Source: Acaryochloris marina S15 (lineage in GTDB: Bacteria > Cyanobacteriota > Cyanobacteriia > Thermosynechococcales > Thermosynechococcaceae). From it: DNA of 32,000 bases. Location of the stretch: positions 2,700,001 to 2,732,000 of the forward strand of contig NZ_CP064923.1 of NCBI RefSeq assembly GCF_018336915.1, written 5' to 3'. Every line of letters begins with the position of its first letter. Position 1 is the first letter of the stretch. Under the pieces are notes generated by a model. That model was not told the DNA's origin, did not search any database, and saw nothing but the letters and a program-made list of their open reading frames with translations. Both the position numbers and the translations under genes were made by a program. Shown piece after piece: positions 17,232 through 28,162 of this stretch.

Positions 17232-17305
17232 GGGGCTGTGGCTCAGTTGGATAGAGCAAGCGCCTCCTAAGCGCTAGGTCGGCGGTTCGAATCCGCCCAG
17301 TCCCG
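17232..17305 (+). tRNA. tRNA-Arg (anticodon CCU)
   Basis: Hand-folded cloverleaf. Acceptor stem GGGGCTG/CAGTCCC (one G-U pair). D arm GCTC-AGTTGGATA-GAGC. Anticodon arm AGCGC-CTCCTAA-GCGCT, giving anticodon CCT. Variable loop AGGTC. T arm GGCGG-TTCGAAT-CCGCC. Discriminator G. No CCA is encoded. Confidence 0.93.
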
Positions 17306-17524
17306 TTCCTATTTTCCCGTCATCTGCAGATACTGCTCTGTTCACAGTGGGCTAATAGATTGCTTAGCCCCCCTTAAAAGTGCAGGATGATCATCCTCCT
17401 ACATATCTCTTTGCTAAACTTATAGAATTTTCACCCCTATTTAACGAGTAGGGTGTTTAAAACATCTCGTCTCCTTATACGCCTGTCCTACACTGACTCA
17501 TTGTTTGAGGCATATTTGCTGATT

Positions 17525-20491
17525 ATGACCCAATCCCCAACATCGACTTCCGTTTCTGCTGGACTTTCATCCTCTTCAGGAGATATCAGCAAATTTGATT
17601 CGCTGGCCTTACAACAACCAGCACTCTTGAAACCATCTGATACCTTCGCTTATCGCCACATCGGCCCCAGCGAATCTGAAATCGGTCACATGCTAGACAT
17701 GATGAATGTTGAGGATTTGGAGGCGTTGATTGATGCTGCAGTGCCTGCTCAAATTCGTCTCAAGCAGCCTCTAAAGTTAGGGCAAGAGCGGGGAGAACAT
17801 GAGCTGATCCAGGAATTACGCACGATTGCTGCTAAGAATAAAATTTTTCGGTCCTATATTGGTATGGGGTATGCCGGATGTATTACACCTCCAGTGATTC
17901 AGCGGAATATTCTTGAGAATCCCGGTTGGTATACCCAATACACCCCCTACCAAGCCGAGATTGCCCAGGGTCGGCTAGAGGCTCTGCTCAATTACCAAAC
18001 CATGGTGATGGACTTAACGGGTTTGGAAATTGCGAATGCCTCCCTGTTGGATGAAGGAACCGCTGCAGCCGAAGCAATGGCCATGAGCTACAACCTGCAG
18101 AAGAAGCAGACGGCTAAAACCTTTTTTGTTTCAGAGCAATGCCATCCACAAACCATTGACATTATTCAGACTCGGGCATTGCCCTTAGGAATTGAGGTGA
18201 TTATCGGTGATCACCAGCAATATGATTTTGCTGAGCATTCGACCTTTGGAACGCTGCTCCAATATCCTGCGACAGATGGGACTATTCATGATTATCGAGA
18301 GTTTGTAGAGGCTGCCCATGAGGCTGGAGCCTTAGTCACCGTAGCCACAGATTTGCTCAGCCTGCTATTGCTGACTCCACCCGGAGAATGGGGAGCTGAT
18401 ATTGCCGTGGGCAATAGCCAACGGTTTGGCGTACCCCTGGGTTATGGTGGTCCCCATGCTGCGTTTTTTGCAACTCGAGCTGCTTATCAGCGCAAAATTC
18501 CCGGTCGAATCGTGGGGATTTCCCATGATGTTCAGGATAAGCCAGCACTTCGACTGGCGTTGCAAACTCGTGAGCAACATATCCGTAGAGATAAGGCGAC
18601 GAGCAATATTTGTACGGCTCAAGTTTTATTAGCTGTGATGGCTGGGATGTATGCGGTCTACCACGGCCCCCAGGGGTTAAAACAAATCGCGGATCGGGTG
18701 CATGGATTGACGAGTCTGTTAGGGACTGGGTTGAAGAAACTCGGGTATGAGCTGACTTCAGAGCTATACTTCGATACCGTGACGGTGAAGTTAGGGACTT
18801 TGTCGGCGGAGGAATTGCGGGTGCGATCGCAATCCCAATCCATCAATCTCCGGTATCTAGATGCCGAAACGGCTAGCATTGCTTTTGACGAAACCACCAC
18901 CCCAAAGGATCTATGGGATGTCCTCAGCTTATTTACCTCAGAGGATCTCAGCTTTACCCTAGAAGATTTACTGGCTGAAGCCCTCTTCGACTATCCAGAG
19001 CTGCATCAGCGCACGAGTCCATATCTGACCGAACCTGTTTTCAATATCTACCATTCAGAGTCAGAACTGCTGCGCTATACCCATCGACTGCAGGCTAAGG
19101 ATTTGTCCCTGACTACCTCGATGATTCCCCTAGGGTCCTGCACCATGAAGCTCAACGGTACTTCAGAAATGGTGCCCGTGACCTGGCCTGAATTCGGTCA
19201 GCTCCATCCGTTTGTTCCAGTGGAACAAGCCCAGGGCTACAAAGAACTCTTCCAACAGTTGGAAACAATGCTGGCAGAGATAACCGGGTTTGCCGGAATC
19301 TCTCTCCAACCCAATGCTGGATCTCAGGGAGAATATACGGGCTTATTGGTGATTCATCAATACCATGCCAGTCGAGGAGAAACCCATCGCAATATCTGCT
19401 TAATTCCAGACTCTGCCCACGGCACCAATCCTGCCAGTGCGGTGATGGCTGGGATGAAAGTGGTAGTCGTAGCCTGCGATGAGTTGGGCAATATCGATAT
19501 GACCGATCTGCGCCAAAAAGCAGAGCAGCATCGCGACAATCTATCGGCGCTGATGGTGACTTACCCCTCTACCCACGGCGTCTTTGAAGAGACAATTAAA
19601 GAGATTTGTGACCTGATCCATGAGTGTGGGGGGCAAGTCTATATGGATGGTGCCAACCTCAATGCCCAGGTGGGGCTCTGTCGTCCTGGAGATATTGGCG
19701 CAGATGTCTGTCACTTGAATTTACATAAGACGTTCTGTATCCCCCACGGTGGCGGTGGTCCAGGCATGGGGCCGATTGGGGTGGTAGCCCACCTCGCTCC
19801 GTTCATTCCTAAACATCCAGTGGTGTCGATGGGAGGAGAAGCAGGGATTGGTGCTGTAGCGGCGGCCCCCTGGGGCAGTGCCAGCATTCTGCCGATTTCT
19901 TGGGTTTATATTGCCTTGATGGGTGCCAGTGGTTTAACTCGGGCAACCAAGGTGGCGATCCTCAATGCGAACTATATTGCCAAACGTCTAGAAGCCTATT
20001 ACCCAGTCCTTTACAAGGGAAAATCGGGGTTAGTGGCCCATGAATGCATCCTTGACTTAAGAGGCGTAAAGAAGACAGCCGGGATTGAAGTCGAAGATAT
20101 TGCCAAACGGCTGATGGACTACGGCTATCATGCACCTACCGTGTCTTGGCCGGTTCCTGGCACCATTATGATTGAGCCGACGGAAAGCGAGTCCAAGGCT
20201 GAACTGGACCGATTCTGTGAAGCGATGATTGCCATTCGGGCTGAGATTGCTGAAATTGAAGCAGGGCAAGCAGATACTCAAAACAACGTCCTCAAGAATG
20301 CCCCCCATCCTGCCGATGTGGTGATTTCCGATAGCTGGGATCGACCTTATTCGCGGGAGAAAGCGGCCTATCCTGCTCCCTGGACTCGGGAATCTAAATT
20401 CTGGCCAGCAGTCAGTCGGATAAACAATGCCTATGGCGATCGCAACTTGGTCTGCTCCTGTGCACCACTATCAGACTACGCTGAGCAATAA
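17525..20491 (+). CDS. gcvP: Glycine dehydrogenase (decarboxylating), glycine-cleavage-system P-protein
   Basis: Single-chain P-protein. [10 protein letters not shown] lies near the N-terminus, followed by [23 protein letters not shown]. The PLP-lysine motif is [25 protein letters not shown]. It is 988 aa from the ATG at 17525 (MTQSPTS...). The track ORF begins at an upstream GTG (17453), which adds 24 unconvincing residues. Confidence 0.93.
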   Translation: MTQSPTSTSVSAGLSSSSGDISKFDSLALQQPALLKPSDTFAYRHIGPSESEIGHMLDMMNVEDLEALIDAAVPAQIRLKQPLKLGQERGEHELIQELRTIAAKNKIFRSYIGMGYAGCITPPVIQRNILENPGWYTQYTPYQAEIAQGRLEALLNYQTMVMDLTGLEIANASLLDEGTAAAEAMAMSYNLQKKQTAKTFFVSEQCHPQTIDIIQTRALPLGIEVIIGDHQQYDFAEHSTFGTLLQYPATDGTIHDYREFVEAAHEAGALVTVATDLLSLLLLTPPGEWGADIAVGNSQRFGVPLGYGGPHAAFFATRAAYQRKIPGRIVGISHDVQDKPALRLALQTREQHIRRDKATSNICTAQVLLAVMAGMYAVYHGPQGLKQIADRVHGLTSLLGTGLKKLGYELTSELYFDTVTVKLGTLSAEELRVRSQSQSINLRYLDAETASIAFDETTTPKDLWDVLSLFTSEDLSFTLEDLLAEALFDYPELHQRTSPYLTEPVFNIYHSESELLRYTHRLQAKDLSLTTSMIPLGSCTMKLNGTSEMVPVTWPEFGQLHPFVPVEQAQGYKELFQQLETMLAEITGFAGISLQPNAGSQGEYTGLLVIHQYHASRGETHRNICLIPDSAHGTNPASAVMAGMKVVVVACDELGNIDMTDLRQKAEQHRDNLSALMVTYPSTHGVFEETIKEICDLIHECGGQVYMDGANLNAQVGLCRPGDIGADVCHLNLHKTFCIPHGGGGPGMGPIGVVAHLAPFIPKHPVVSMGGEAGIGAVAAAPWGSASILPISWVYIALMGASGLTRATKVAILNANYIAKRLEAYYPVLYKGKSGLVAHECILDLRGVKKTAGIEVEDIAKRLMDYGYHAPTVSWPVPGTIMIEPTESESKAELDRFCEAMIAIRAEIAEIEAGQADTQNNVLKNAPHPADVVISDSWDRPYSREKAAYPAPWTRESKFWPAVSRINNAYGDRNLVCSCAPLSDYAEQ

Positions 20492-20783
20492 CAGGGGGGC
20501 TTCTTCCTTGAATTCGCTCTTTTCCCCCTTATTGATCGCTTACTCCCCAAAAAGTGGTTCATAAGGGGCAGGAGCGACCCACTCAATACGAACTGACCGT
20601 ATTCCATTTAACAGACTTCGGAATGAGAATCAGTTATTAATTTATTAAGGTGATTAGCCATTAACGCTAATCACAATTATGGCTGACCTCAATCACAGTC
20701 AAGCCTGATCATTTCACTAATAATAGCTGCAGAAACTATCATCTATTGCGATAGCAGCGGGTCTTGAGCGATATATCGGCACT

Positions 20784-21029
20784 TTGGGTTTAGATATACT
20801 GCTCATGCTGCAAAAATTTCAAGAAATATCGACGTTAATAGTGAAGATTATTATGCCAGACAATATTCATACTCAGATTCCGGTTATTCAGCATTCCTCA
20901 AACTCTGAGCAGCAAGCCCAATTAGCATCAGTGGCCTCTCAACCTCAAGCCCATCCAACTTCATCTCCCTATTGGACCCCTATTGCGCTGTACTACCTTG
21001 AGCGAGAAGCAGAGTGGGCTAGAGGCTAG
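20784..21029 (+). CDS. Hypothetical small ORF (doubtful)
   Basis: 81-aa ORF with a TTG start and an internal ATG giving 58 aa (MPDNIHTQ...). It has no recognisable motif, a low-complexity Q/S/P-rich middle, and terminates inside the heptamer repeat. It lies in an AT-rich region. Confidence 0.2.
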   Translation: MGLDILLMLQKFQEISTLIVKIIMPDNIHTQIPVIQHSSNSEQQAQLASVASQPQAHPTSSPYWTPIALYYLEREAEWARG

Positions 21030-21055
21030 AGGCTAGAGGCTAGAGGCTAGAGGCT
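21017..21055. repeat. Heptanucleotide tandem repeat (GGCTAGA) x5 plus a partial GGCT
   Basis: GGCTAGA repeats perfectly head to tail from 21017 to 21051, then GGCT follows. Each unit carries TAG. The tract lies exactly between the stops of two convergent small ORFs. Confidence 0.95.
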
Positions 21056-21360
21056 CAATTTTTAGACGCTCTGATTTGATAGAGCCTAATTTGAGAATTA
21101 GGATAGTAATCGATTGATGTATTTGAATCGCCAGCAAGATTGCGGCAAAATAACTCAAGCTCTACATCAGCAATCCCGCAGCGATGTTGCAGATTGATCT
21201 GGCAGTTACTCATCTTAAATACCGATACATTACGAGTCTCCAAAGCACTAGGATTAGTCGCGATGGCAATCACTTTATCCAAGTCAATTCGGCATAAAAC
21301 CGTAAGTTTTGGTAATTCGACGATCACCGTATAATTTTCAAGATTTTCAGTCTGGGGCAA
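21055..21360 (-). CDS. Hypothetical protein (orphan, doubtful)
   Basis: 101-aa ORF starting at TTG (21360). An alternative GTG start lies 11 codons in. I recognise no motif. The stop TGA (21055-21057) abuts the heptamer repeat. Confidence 0.3.
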   Translation of the reverse strand: MPQTENLENYTVIVELPKLTVLCRIDLDKVIAIATNPSALETRNVSVFKMSNCQINLQHRCGIADVELELFCRNLAGDSNTSIDYYPNSQIRLYQIRASKN

Positions 21361-21818
21361 TACAGAAAATTTTGACTTAGGAGATGAAAGGACAATCTAA
21401 ATAGAAACTCCATACTCTTGGTGAGATGAGTGTTTACCAAGATTTATATTTAGTTCAAAAAGAATATTTTGTAGTCCCGATTCCCCAGTTAACATCAGAT
21501 ATTTAGACAGACTCCTATAGTGATAGCCTACCCACCTAAAGGGAACCTTAAAGACTTGATAACTTCTCACTAAGATTTGGGGGAAAGGCTGGGAGCGGCT
21601 TTCAAATAGGGTTTTGGACTGCTGCTAACAATGCTTAGTTGGGGATACTATTTTGCGATCGCACCCTGCATCCCCAACCAAGCCGACTCAAGTTCATCAA
21701 TATTTCTTTGCAATGGGAACTATTGTCACTCTAGGCAGATAATACATATCAGTACACAACCCAAATGAGATAGAACTGGGTGTATTCTTTCTGCTTATCA
21801 GTGATTTGAGGTCCCTCC

Positions 21819-23222
21819 ATGCGCGTCAACCCCCTGACCATTGGCCCCATAGTTGGAGCAACAACAACAACTGAAGTCCACCTCTGGGGAAGAGGAGAAT
21901 TTGAAAAGACCCAGTTGGGGTGCAAACGCTGCTTAGGGATTGCCCGGATAAAAAAATTAGAAGATTCAGCTTTTGGGACAGGACAGTTTTTCAAACTGAA
22001 TCCAAATTTTGACATGACCGGAGTGACGATATTCGATCATTTAGATCCTGAAACCCAATATTTTTTCCAAATAGGATGGTTTTTTTCTGAACAGAGTTAT
22101 TCGGAAATTCCCGACAATCTTCGCATCAATTGGACTCAAGCCAGTACAGGAGAAGTAACAACTGCCTCTGCCGATCTCCAAGCTCCTCGACAGTTTATTT
22201 TCGGTTCCTGTCGGTATCTATTGCGCCTGTTTCTTGGATCCCTATTTGATACCCGGGGGGATAAGACATTTCAGACCATCTCGAAATTGCTAGGGGAAAA
22301 TCATGCCATCAACCAATTTCTGATGCTAGGGGATCAAATCTATGCGGATGACTTGAATGTTATTGGTGCAGATACTCGCTTAGACGAGTACTACAAACGG
22401 TATCGTCAGGCATTTTCCCAACCCTATATTCGCCAAGTCATGAGCCAAATTCCCACTTATATGACCCTTGATGATCATGAGATTGAGGATAACTGGCCCG
22501 CTCAAAGTACCCCGAAAGACTATGTCACGAAGTACCCTGCTGCGATTCATGCTTATCTAACCTATCAAGCGAGTCATAGCCCATTATTTCCAGCCCATGA
22601 AAAACGAATTACTGGCATTCCAGATAGACTTTGGTACACATTCAGTGATGGATGTTGTGATTACTTTATGACCGACACCCGTACTGAACGCCATCTCGCC
22701 ACTCAAAGAATGATGAGTGATGAGCAAATGGAGGCGCTCAAGTGCTGGTTGAAGGATGGTTCCAATCGAGTCAAAATCATTGCCACATCCGTTTTGCTGT
22801 TCCCAGATGCTGTACAAGGTAATGACGATCAATGGTCCGGTTTCCCGGAGCAAAGACGTGAGCTGTTCGACTGGATTTTTCATCATAAGATCAAGCGAGT
22901 TGTCTGCATTTCGGGAGATATTCATGCCTCCTTATCCACAGAGCTAGTCAGCCCAGATGACTCTGACTTCAAGATCATATGTGTTGTTTCCTCACCCTTT
23001 TTCTGGCCTTATCCTCATCCAACCAGCAGTGCCTTCAAGTTAGAGGGAACGCTAGAAAAAAGTGCACTAGCGACCTATAACATGGCCAATGCCAGTGAAC
23101 CTTATCGTTCTGATAATTTCACACTGGTCAAGGTAGATCTTGAGAAAGTGGAGGTCAATGTCTTTCCACGAAAAGCTGAACAGCTAAAACCTATCCGTAC
23201 AAAAGTACATTCTTTTACATAG
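21819..23222 (+). CDS. PhoD-like phosphatase (alkaline phosphatase D family metallophosphoesterase), no signal peptide
   Basis: 467 aa. Metallophosphatase motifs GDQIYADD, LDDHEIEDNW and SGDIHAS. The N-terminus is PhoD_N-like (LTIGPIVGATTTTEVHLWGRG). An in-frame TGA at 21807-21809 rules out an N-terminal extension. Confidence 0.85.
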   Translation: MRVNPLTIGPIVGATTTTEVHLWGRGEFEKTQLGCKRCLGIARIKKLEDSAFGTGQFFKLNPNFDMTGVTIFDHLDPETQYFFQIGWFFSEQSYSEIPDNLRINWTQASTGEVTTASADLQAPRQFIFGSCRYLLRLFLGSLFDTRGDKTFQTISKLLGENHAINQFLMLGDQIYADDLNVIGADTRLDEYYKRYRQAFSQPYIRQVMSQIPTYMTLDDHEIEDNWPAQSTPKDYVTKYPAAIHAYLTYQASHSPLFPAHEKRITGIPDRLWYTFSDGCCDYFMTDTRTERHLATQRMMSDEQMEALKCWLKDGSNRVKIIATSVLLFPDAVQGNDDQWSGFPEQRRELFDWIFHHKIKRVVCISGDIHASLSTELVSPDDSDFKIICVVSSPFFWPYPHPTSSAFKLEGTLEKSALATYNMANASEPYRSDNFTLVKVDLEKVEVNVFPRKAEQLKPIRTKVHSFT

Positions 23223-23377
23223 AAAGCTGGTTAATATTCACTGATCTTTCTGCTATTCGCTTATTTTTCGCAGTTAGGAGGAGATGATATTGGAACAATG
23301 AATAGAGGTTGAATAGGACAACATCAACCGTTAGATTTTCAGGCATAGTATTGGCTTGCTAATGCCACCACATACGA

Positions 23378-26300
23378 TTAACTACCGCTGATTCGGGCTA
23401 CATCTTTGGCATTTTGCTCAAAGGCAGCAGACAAAGCATCATCCCCACTCAAGCCATCCTCGATCGCATTCTGGATTGCCTGCAATACCCGCTTATAATC
23501 CCGTGGCATTACCTTCACAAACTTGGGCAACATGGCTTCCCAATCTGCGAGAACTCTAGCCCCCTGTTCGCTTTGGGTATAGTCCACATGGCGCTGAATG
23601 GCCTCCTTCAAATCTTTGATATCTTCAGGATCTACTAAAGTCTCTAGAGCGACCATTTCCGTATTGCAGCGCGTCGCAAAGTCCCCAGCTTCATCAAGGA
23701 CATAGGCGACCCCACCACTCATACCCGCAGCAAAGTTACGGCCTGTAGTTCCCAGGATGACAGCTTGGCCGCCCGTCATATATTCACAGGCATGATCACC
23801 CACTGATTCCACGACAGCCCGCACCCCAGAATTCCTGACACAGAATCGCTCTCCACCAATTCCGCGAATATAGGCTTCACCGCCAGTAGCTCCATAGAAG
23901 GCTACGTTACCGACAATGATGTTCTCTTCCGCTACAAACGTCGATTCCTTAGAGGGATAGAGAATAATCTTGCCGCCACTGAGGCCCTTACCAAAGTAGT
24001 CATTGGCATCACCCTCTAGCTCTAGGGTTACGCCGGGTGGTACAAAGGCACCAAAGCTTTGCCCCGCACTGCCTTGAAAATGGAGGTGAACCGTGTTTTC
24101 AGGTAGACCTTCCCAATGATGTTTGGTGATTTCATTACCAAGAATCGTACCCACAGCCCGATTGACATTTTTAATCGGCAGGGTGGCTTTTACCTTCTCG
24201 CCCTTTTCAATGGCTGGCTGACATAGATCCAATAAGGTCGTCATATCTAGCGATTTCTCCAGACCATGATCTTGAGGAATCTGGCAATAGCGACCGATAT
24301 CGTCGGAAACGTCAGGCTGATAGAGAATCTTAGAGAAGTCTAATCCCTTGGCTTTCCAGTGATCAATAGCCCGGCGAGGTTCCAAGACATCCGAACGGCC
24401 CACCATCTCATTCAGGGTCCGGAAGCCCAGTTGTGCCATCAGTTCCCGCACTTCTTGAGCGATGAACTGCATAAAGTTAACGGTGTGGGCTGGGTCGCCG
24501 GTGAATTTATCCCGAAGTTGTGGATCTTGGGTAGCGACGCCCACAGGGCAGGTATTCAAATGGCAGACGCGCATCATAATGCAGCCCAGGCTAACCAAAG
24601 GTGCAGTGGAGAAGCCAAACTCCTCGGCTCCCAAAAGAGCGGCAATCACGATATCCCGGCCCGTCTTCAGTTGACCATCTGTTTCCACAACAATACGGCT
24701 GCGCAGATTATTGAGAACTAAGGTTTGATGGGTCTCGGCAATTCCTAGCTCCCAGGGCAGTCCTGCATGCTTAATAGACGTTTGAGGTGAGGCTCCTGTG
24801 CCCCCGTCAAAGCCAGAAACAAGGACCACATCCGCATGGGCTTTAGCGACCCCAGCAGCAATGGTACCAACACCCACTTCAGAGACTAATTTGACGTTGA
24901 TGCGGGCACTACGGTTGGCATTCTTAAGGTCGTGGATCAGTTCTGCCAAGTCCTCAATCGAGTAGATGTCATGGTGGGGTGGGGGTGAAATCAGACCCAC
25001 ACCTGGGGTGGAGTGGCGCACCTTGGCAATCCAGGGATAGACCTTGCGGCCAGGGAGTTGCCCTCCTTCTCCCGGCTTGGCACCCTGAGCCATTTTGATT
25101 TGGATTTCTTTGGCCTGGGATAGGTAGAGGCTGGTGACGCCGAAGCGACCAGAAGCCACTTGTTTAATGGCGCTATTTTTGGAATCGCCCTGGTCGTTGG
25201 TCCAGGTGAAGCGTTCAGGGTCTTCACCGCCTTCGCCCGTATTGGACTTGCCACCAACGCGGTTCATGGCAATGGCTAGGGATTCATGAGCCTCCCTGGA
25301 GATTGAGCCATAGCTCATGGCCCCCGTCTTAAACCGTCGGGTGATTTCTTCAACAGGTTCAACTTCGTCAATGGGAATGGGCTGACGATCTTTAAATGCC
25401 AGCAGACCTCGCAGGGTAAATAGCTGTTCATTCTGCTCATTCACTAGGGCCGAGTATTTCTTGAACAGGTCAAAATCACCTGCACGGGTTGCTTGCTGCA
25501 GGGTATGGATGACTTGGGGGCTAAACAAATGGGCTTCCCCTTCTTTTCGCCACTGGTATTCGCCACCGACATCAAGGGTATGGACTTCCACATCCCTTTC
25601 AGGGAAGGCATGACGATGGCGTTGAATTGCTTCTTCTGCTAAGACGGCGAGGTCCGCCCCCTCAATCCGAGAGGCAGTCCAGCTAAAGTACTTGTCTACC
25701 ACGGATTTGTTGAGGCCAATGGCTTCAAAAATCTGGGCACCGCGATAGCTTTGAATCGTAGAAATCCCAATTTTGGAGGCTACCTTAATCACGCCTTTGG
25801 TGGCGGCCTTGATGTAGTTCTTACAGGCCGCTTTAGGATCAATATTCACCATCAGTCCCTGGTGAATCATGTCGTGGATAGTTTCAAAGGCAACGTAGGG
25901 ATTAATTGCCCCACAGCCATAGCCAATCAGAACCGCATAATGATGGACTTCACGAGGTTCACCAGATTCCAGAACGAGACCGACTTGAGTCCGGGTGCCT
26001 TCCCGAATCAAATGGTGGTGTAAACCGGAGACGGCAAGCAATGCAGGAATAGGGGCATGATTATGATCCAAGTTGCGATCGCTCAATACGATCAGACTTG
26101 CACCGGAGGCAATGGCCTTATCTGCCTGCTGACACACTTCAGCCAAGGCCGCTTCTAAGCCCTGAACCCCAGCATTGTGGTCAAACAAAATGGGTAGAGT
26201 GGCCGACTTAAAGGGATCGCCGTTGAGGGCTTTAATTTTGGCTAACTCAGCATTGGTGAGGAGCGGCGTCTTCAGTTCTAGGAGATGACAGCTCTCAGGC

Positions 26301-27967
26301 TCGGGGTTGAGCAAGTTGCGCTCGGAGCCAATGGTGGTTTCAGGAGAGGTAATTATCGCTTCCCGAATGGAGTCAATCGGGGGATTAGTGACTTGGGCAA
26401 ACAGTTGCTGGAAGTAGTTGTAAAGTAACTTCGGCTTATTGGATAGCACCGCGAGGGGGGTATCGGTCCCCATGGCCCCAATCGCCTCAACCCCGTTATT
26501 AGCCATCGGGGCCATCAGCATTCGCAGTTCTTCAAAGGTATAGCCAAAGGCCATCTGCCGCTGCAGCACCGTCTCGGCATCGTACTCGGGAGCGGCTTCT
26601 GCAGCGGGTAGCTGCTCGACACTCACCATCTGTTGATCCAGCCATTCCTGATAGGGATGTTCGGAAATAATCTGGTCTTTGAGTTCTTGGTCGGAAATAA
26701 TTCGCCCTTGCGCCATATCCACCACAAACATTCGTCCGGGGGTGAGTCGGCCTTTCTTGGCCACACGTTCTGGCTCTATAGGTAATACACCTGCTTCCGA
26801 GGCCAAAATCACCAGATTATCTTTGGTGACGTAATAGCGAGAGGGCCGCAAACCATTCCGATCTAGAACTGCCCCAATCATGGTGCCGTCCGTAAAGGAA
26901 ATCGATGCAGGGCCATCCCAGGGCTCCATCAGACAGGAATGGTACTTATAAAACGCTTTTTTCTCAGCACTCATGGACTCATGGGCTGTCCAGGGCTCGG
27001 GAATCATCATCATGGCGGCATGGGGAAGGGATCGTCCCGCCAAGAACAGCATCTCTAAAGTGTTGTCAAAAATGGTGGAGTCACTCCCGTCCACGTTAAT
27101 CACGGGCTGGACTTTGGCCATATCCTCGCCAAATAGCTCTGACTCAAACATGGACTGGCGAGCCAACATCCAATTGATATTGCCCCGCATGGTATTGATT
27201 TCACCGTTATGGGCAATGTAGCGATAGGGGTGGGCTCGATCCCAACTGGGGAAGGTGTTGGTGCTAAATCGAGAGTGAACCAATCCCAAAGCAGATTCCA
27301 TCTCTGGATCATGGAGGTCGGGGTAATATTGCCCCACCTGAATCGGCATCAACATGCCTTTATAGACAATGGTGCGAGAGGACAGGCTGGAGATATACCA
27401 ATAACCATCAATGCCCGTGGTGCGAATCGCAATGTGGGACAGCTTGCGAAGCACGTATAGCTTGCGTTCAAAGGCCATATCATCCTGCAGCGCCGGGCTA
27501 CATTGGATAAAGACCTGCTCCATAAATGGCTCGCTGGCCTTGGCGGTATTACCCAAGGAGGAATTATCGGTGGGCACATCTCGCCAGCCTAGAACCTTAT
27601 GGCCTTCTTGGGAGGCAACCTGCTCAAAGGTTTGTCGACTGGCTGCACGCTCTTGGGCATCGGGGGAAGCGTAAATCATCCCGACCCCGTACTGCCCTGG
27701 TTCTGGCAGTTCAAATCCTAATCGGGCGGCTTCTTTCTGGAAAAAACGATGGGGAATCTGCATCAGCAGGCCCGCACCATCACCCGTATTGGTTTCACAA
27801 CCACAGGCACCCCGGTGATCTAGATTCACCAGAATCGTCAGGGCCTGTTCAATAATGTCATGGGATTTTTGACCCAACTGATGAACGACAAACCCCAACC
27901 CACAGGCATCATGCTCAAATTGTGGATCGTAGAGACCTTGGGGGGCAGGAGTGGTATTGCTATTCAT
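23378..27967 (-). CDS. glsF: Ferredoxin-dependent glutamate synthase (Fd-GOGAT; also annotated gltS/gltB)
   Basis: The Ntn-amidotransferase nucleophile Cys is in [11 protein letters not shown]. The 3Fe-4S cysteines are in [23 protein letters not shown]. The FMN-domain motif is GEGGQLPG. The C-terminal beta-helix reads [23 protein letters not shown]. It is 1529 aa from the ATG at 27967. The track start at 28048 overlaps a TATAAT box. There is no adjacent gltD-like small subunit, which fits the Fd-dependent type. Confidence 0.95.
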   Translation of the reverse strand: MNSNTTPAPQGLYDPQFEHDACGLGFVVHQLGQKSHDIIEQALTILVNLDHRGACGCETNTGDGAGLLMQIPHRFFQKEAARLGFELPEPGQYGVGMIYASPDAQERAASRQTFEQVASQEGHKVLGWRDVPTDNSSLGNTAKASEPFMEQVFIQCSPALQDDMAFERKLYVLRKLSHIAIRTTGIDGYWYISSLSSRTIVYKGMLMPIQVGQYYPDLHDPEMESALGLVHSRFSTNTFPSWDRAHPYRYIAHNGEINTMRGNINWMLARQSMFESELFGEDMAKVQPVINVDGSDSTIFDNTLEMLFLAGRSLPHAAMMMIPEPWTAHESMSAEKKAFYKYHSCLMEPWDGPASISFTDGTMIGAVLDRNGLRPSRYYVTKDNLVILASEAGVLPIEPERVAKKGRLTPGRMFVVDMAQGRIISDQELKDQIISEHPYQEWLDQQMVSVEQLPAAEAAPEYDAETVLQRQMAFGYTFEELRMLMAPMANNGVEAIGAMGTDTPLAVLSNKPKLLYNYFQQLFAQVTNPPIDSIREAIITSPETTIGSERNLLNPEPESCHLLELKTPLLTNAELAKIKALNGDPFKSATLPILFDHNAGVQGLEAALAEVCQQADKAIASGASLIVLSDRNLDHNHAPIPALLAVSGLHHHLIREGTRTQVGLVLESGEPREVHHYAVLIGYGCGAINPYVAFETIHDMIHQGLMVNIDPKAACKNYIKAATKGVIKVASKIGISTIQSYRGAQIFEAIGLNKSVVDKYFSWTASRIEGADLAVLAEEAIQRHRHAFPERDVEVHTLDVGGEYQWRKEGEAHLFSPQVIHTLQQATRAGDFDLFKKYSALVNEQNEQLFTLRGLLAFKDRQPIPIDEVEPVEEITRRFKTGAMSYGSISREAHESLAIAMNRVGGKSNTGEGGEDPERFTWTNDQGDSKNSAIKQVASGRFGVTSLYLSQAKEIQIKMAQGAKPGEGGQLPGRKVYPWIAKVRHSTPGVGLISPPPHHDIYSIEDLAELIHDLKNANRSARINVKLVSEVGVGTIAAGVAKAHADVVLVSGFDGGTGASPQTSIKHAGLPWELGIAETHQTLVLNNLRSRIVVETDGQLKTGRDIVIAALLGAEEFGFSTAPLVSLGCIMMRVCHLNTCPVGVATQDPQLRDKFTGDPAHTVNFMQFIAQEVRELMAQLGFRTLNEMVGRSDVLEPRRAIDHWKAKGLDFSKILYQPDVSDDIGRYCQIPQDHGLEKSLDMTTLLDLCQPAIEKGEKVKATLPIKNVNRAVGTILGNEITKHHWEGLPENTVHLHFQGSAGQSFGAFVPPGVTLELEGDANDYFGKGLSGGKIILYPSKESTFVAEENIIVGNVAFYGATGGEAYIRGIGGERFCVRNSGVRAVVESVGDHACEYMTGGQAVILGTTGRNFAAGMSGGVAYVLDEAGDFATRCNTEMVALETLVDPEDIKDLKEAIQRHVDYTQSEQGARVLADWEAMLPKFVKVMPRDYKRVLQAIQNAIEDGLSGDDALSAAFEQNAKDVARISGS

Positions 27968-28162
27968 ATTGGGTGATCTGAAGGTTCGAACTGTTACTTG
28001 ACTATGTCGCATATCCTCAGCCAAGGGAAAGTCGGCTGAGACCAGCATTATAAGCTTTAACTTTAGTCAATCTAAATTCTCTTACGAAGAAACTAAATTA
28101 ACAGTAGGTTTTAATGCAAATTCAAGGAAAGCGATCCGACTGATGTTCCGTGAATTTAGCGT

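Noticed and set aside
17232-17305. tRNA-Arg as the integration site of a genomic island.
   Set aside because: No integrase, no direct repeat of the tRNA 3' end, and no mobile genes on either side. The flanking genes are a hydrolase and the housekeeping gcvP, which itself contains HIP1 sites.
17306-17524. A search for a glycine riboswitch in the leader of gcvP.
   Set aside because: None of the conserved glycine-aptamer blocks (CUCUGGAGAG, CACCGAAGGGGCAA, CUCAGGCAAAAGGAC) can be found between the tRNA and the gcvP start.
21547-21577. A possible Pho box upstream of the PhoD-like gene: TTAA / ATAA / CTAA cores spaced 11 bp apart (cTTAAagactt gATAActtctc aCTAAgatttg).
   Set aside because: Each unit matches the cyanobacterial PyTTAAPyPy(T/A) consensus only partially. 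The background is AT-rich, so such patterns arise by chance. The site is ~240 nt from the start codon. It is worth a motif scan but not supportable by eye.
3861-28048. The idea that the Amt-kinase, gcvP and Fd-GOGAT form a dedicated nitrogen-metabolism gene cluster.
   Set aside because: They are separated by unrelated transcription units on both strands (cobalt, pilins, hydrolases, tRNA). gcvP and GOGAT are core genes. The co-occurrence within 25 kb is at most suggestive.
28104-28117. An NtcA-like palindrome (GTAGGTTTTAATGC; GCA-N8-TAC on the gene strand) upstream of the glutamate synthase gene.
   Set aside because: It has one mismatch to GTA-N8-TAC. It also lies ~51 nt from the TATAAT box rather than the ~22 nt expected for an NtcA-activated promoter.
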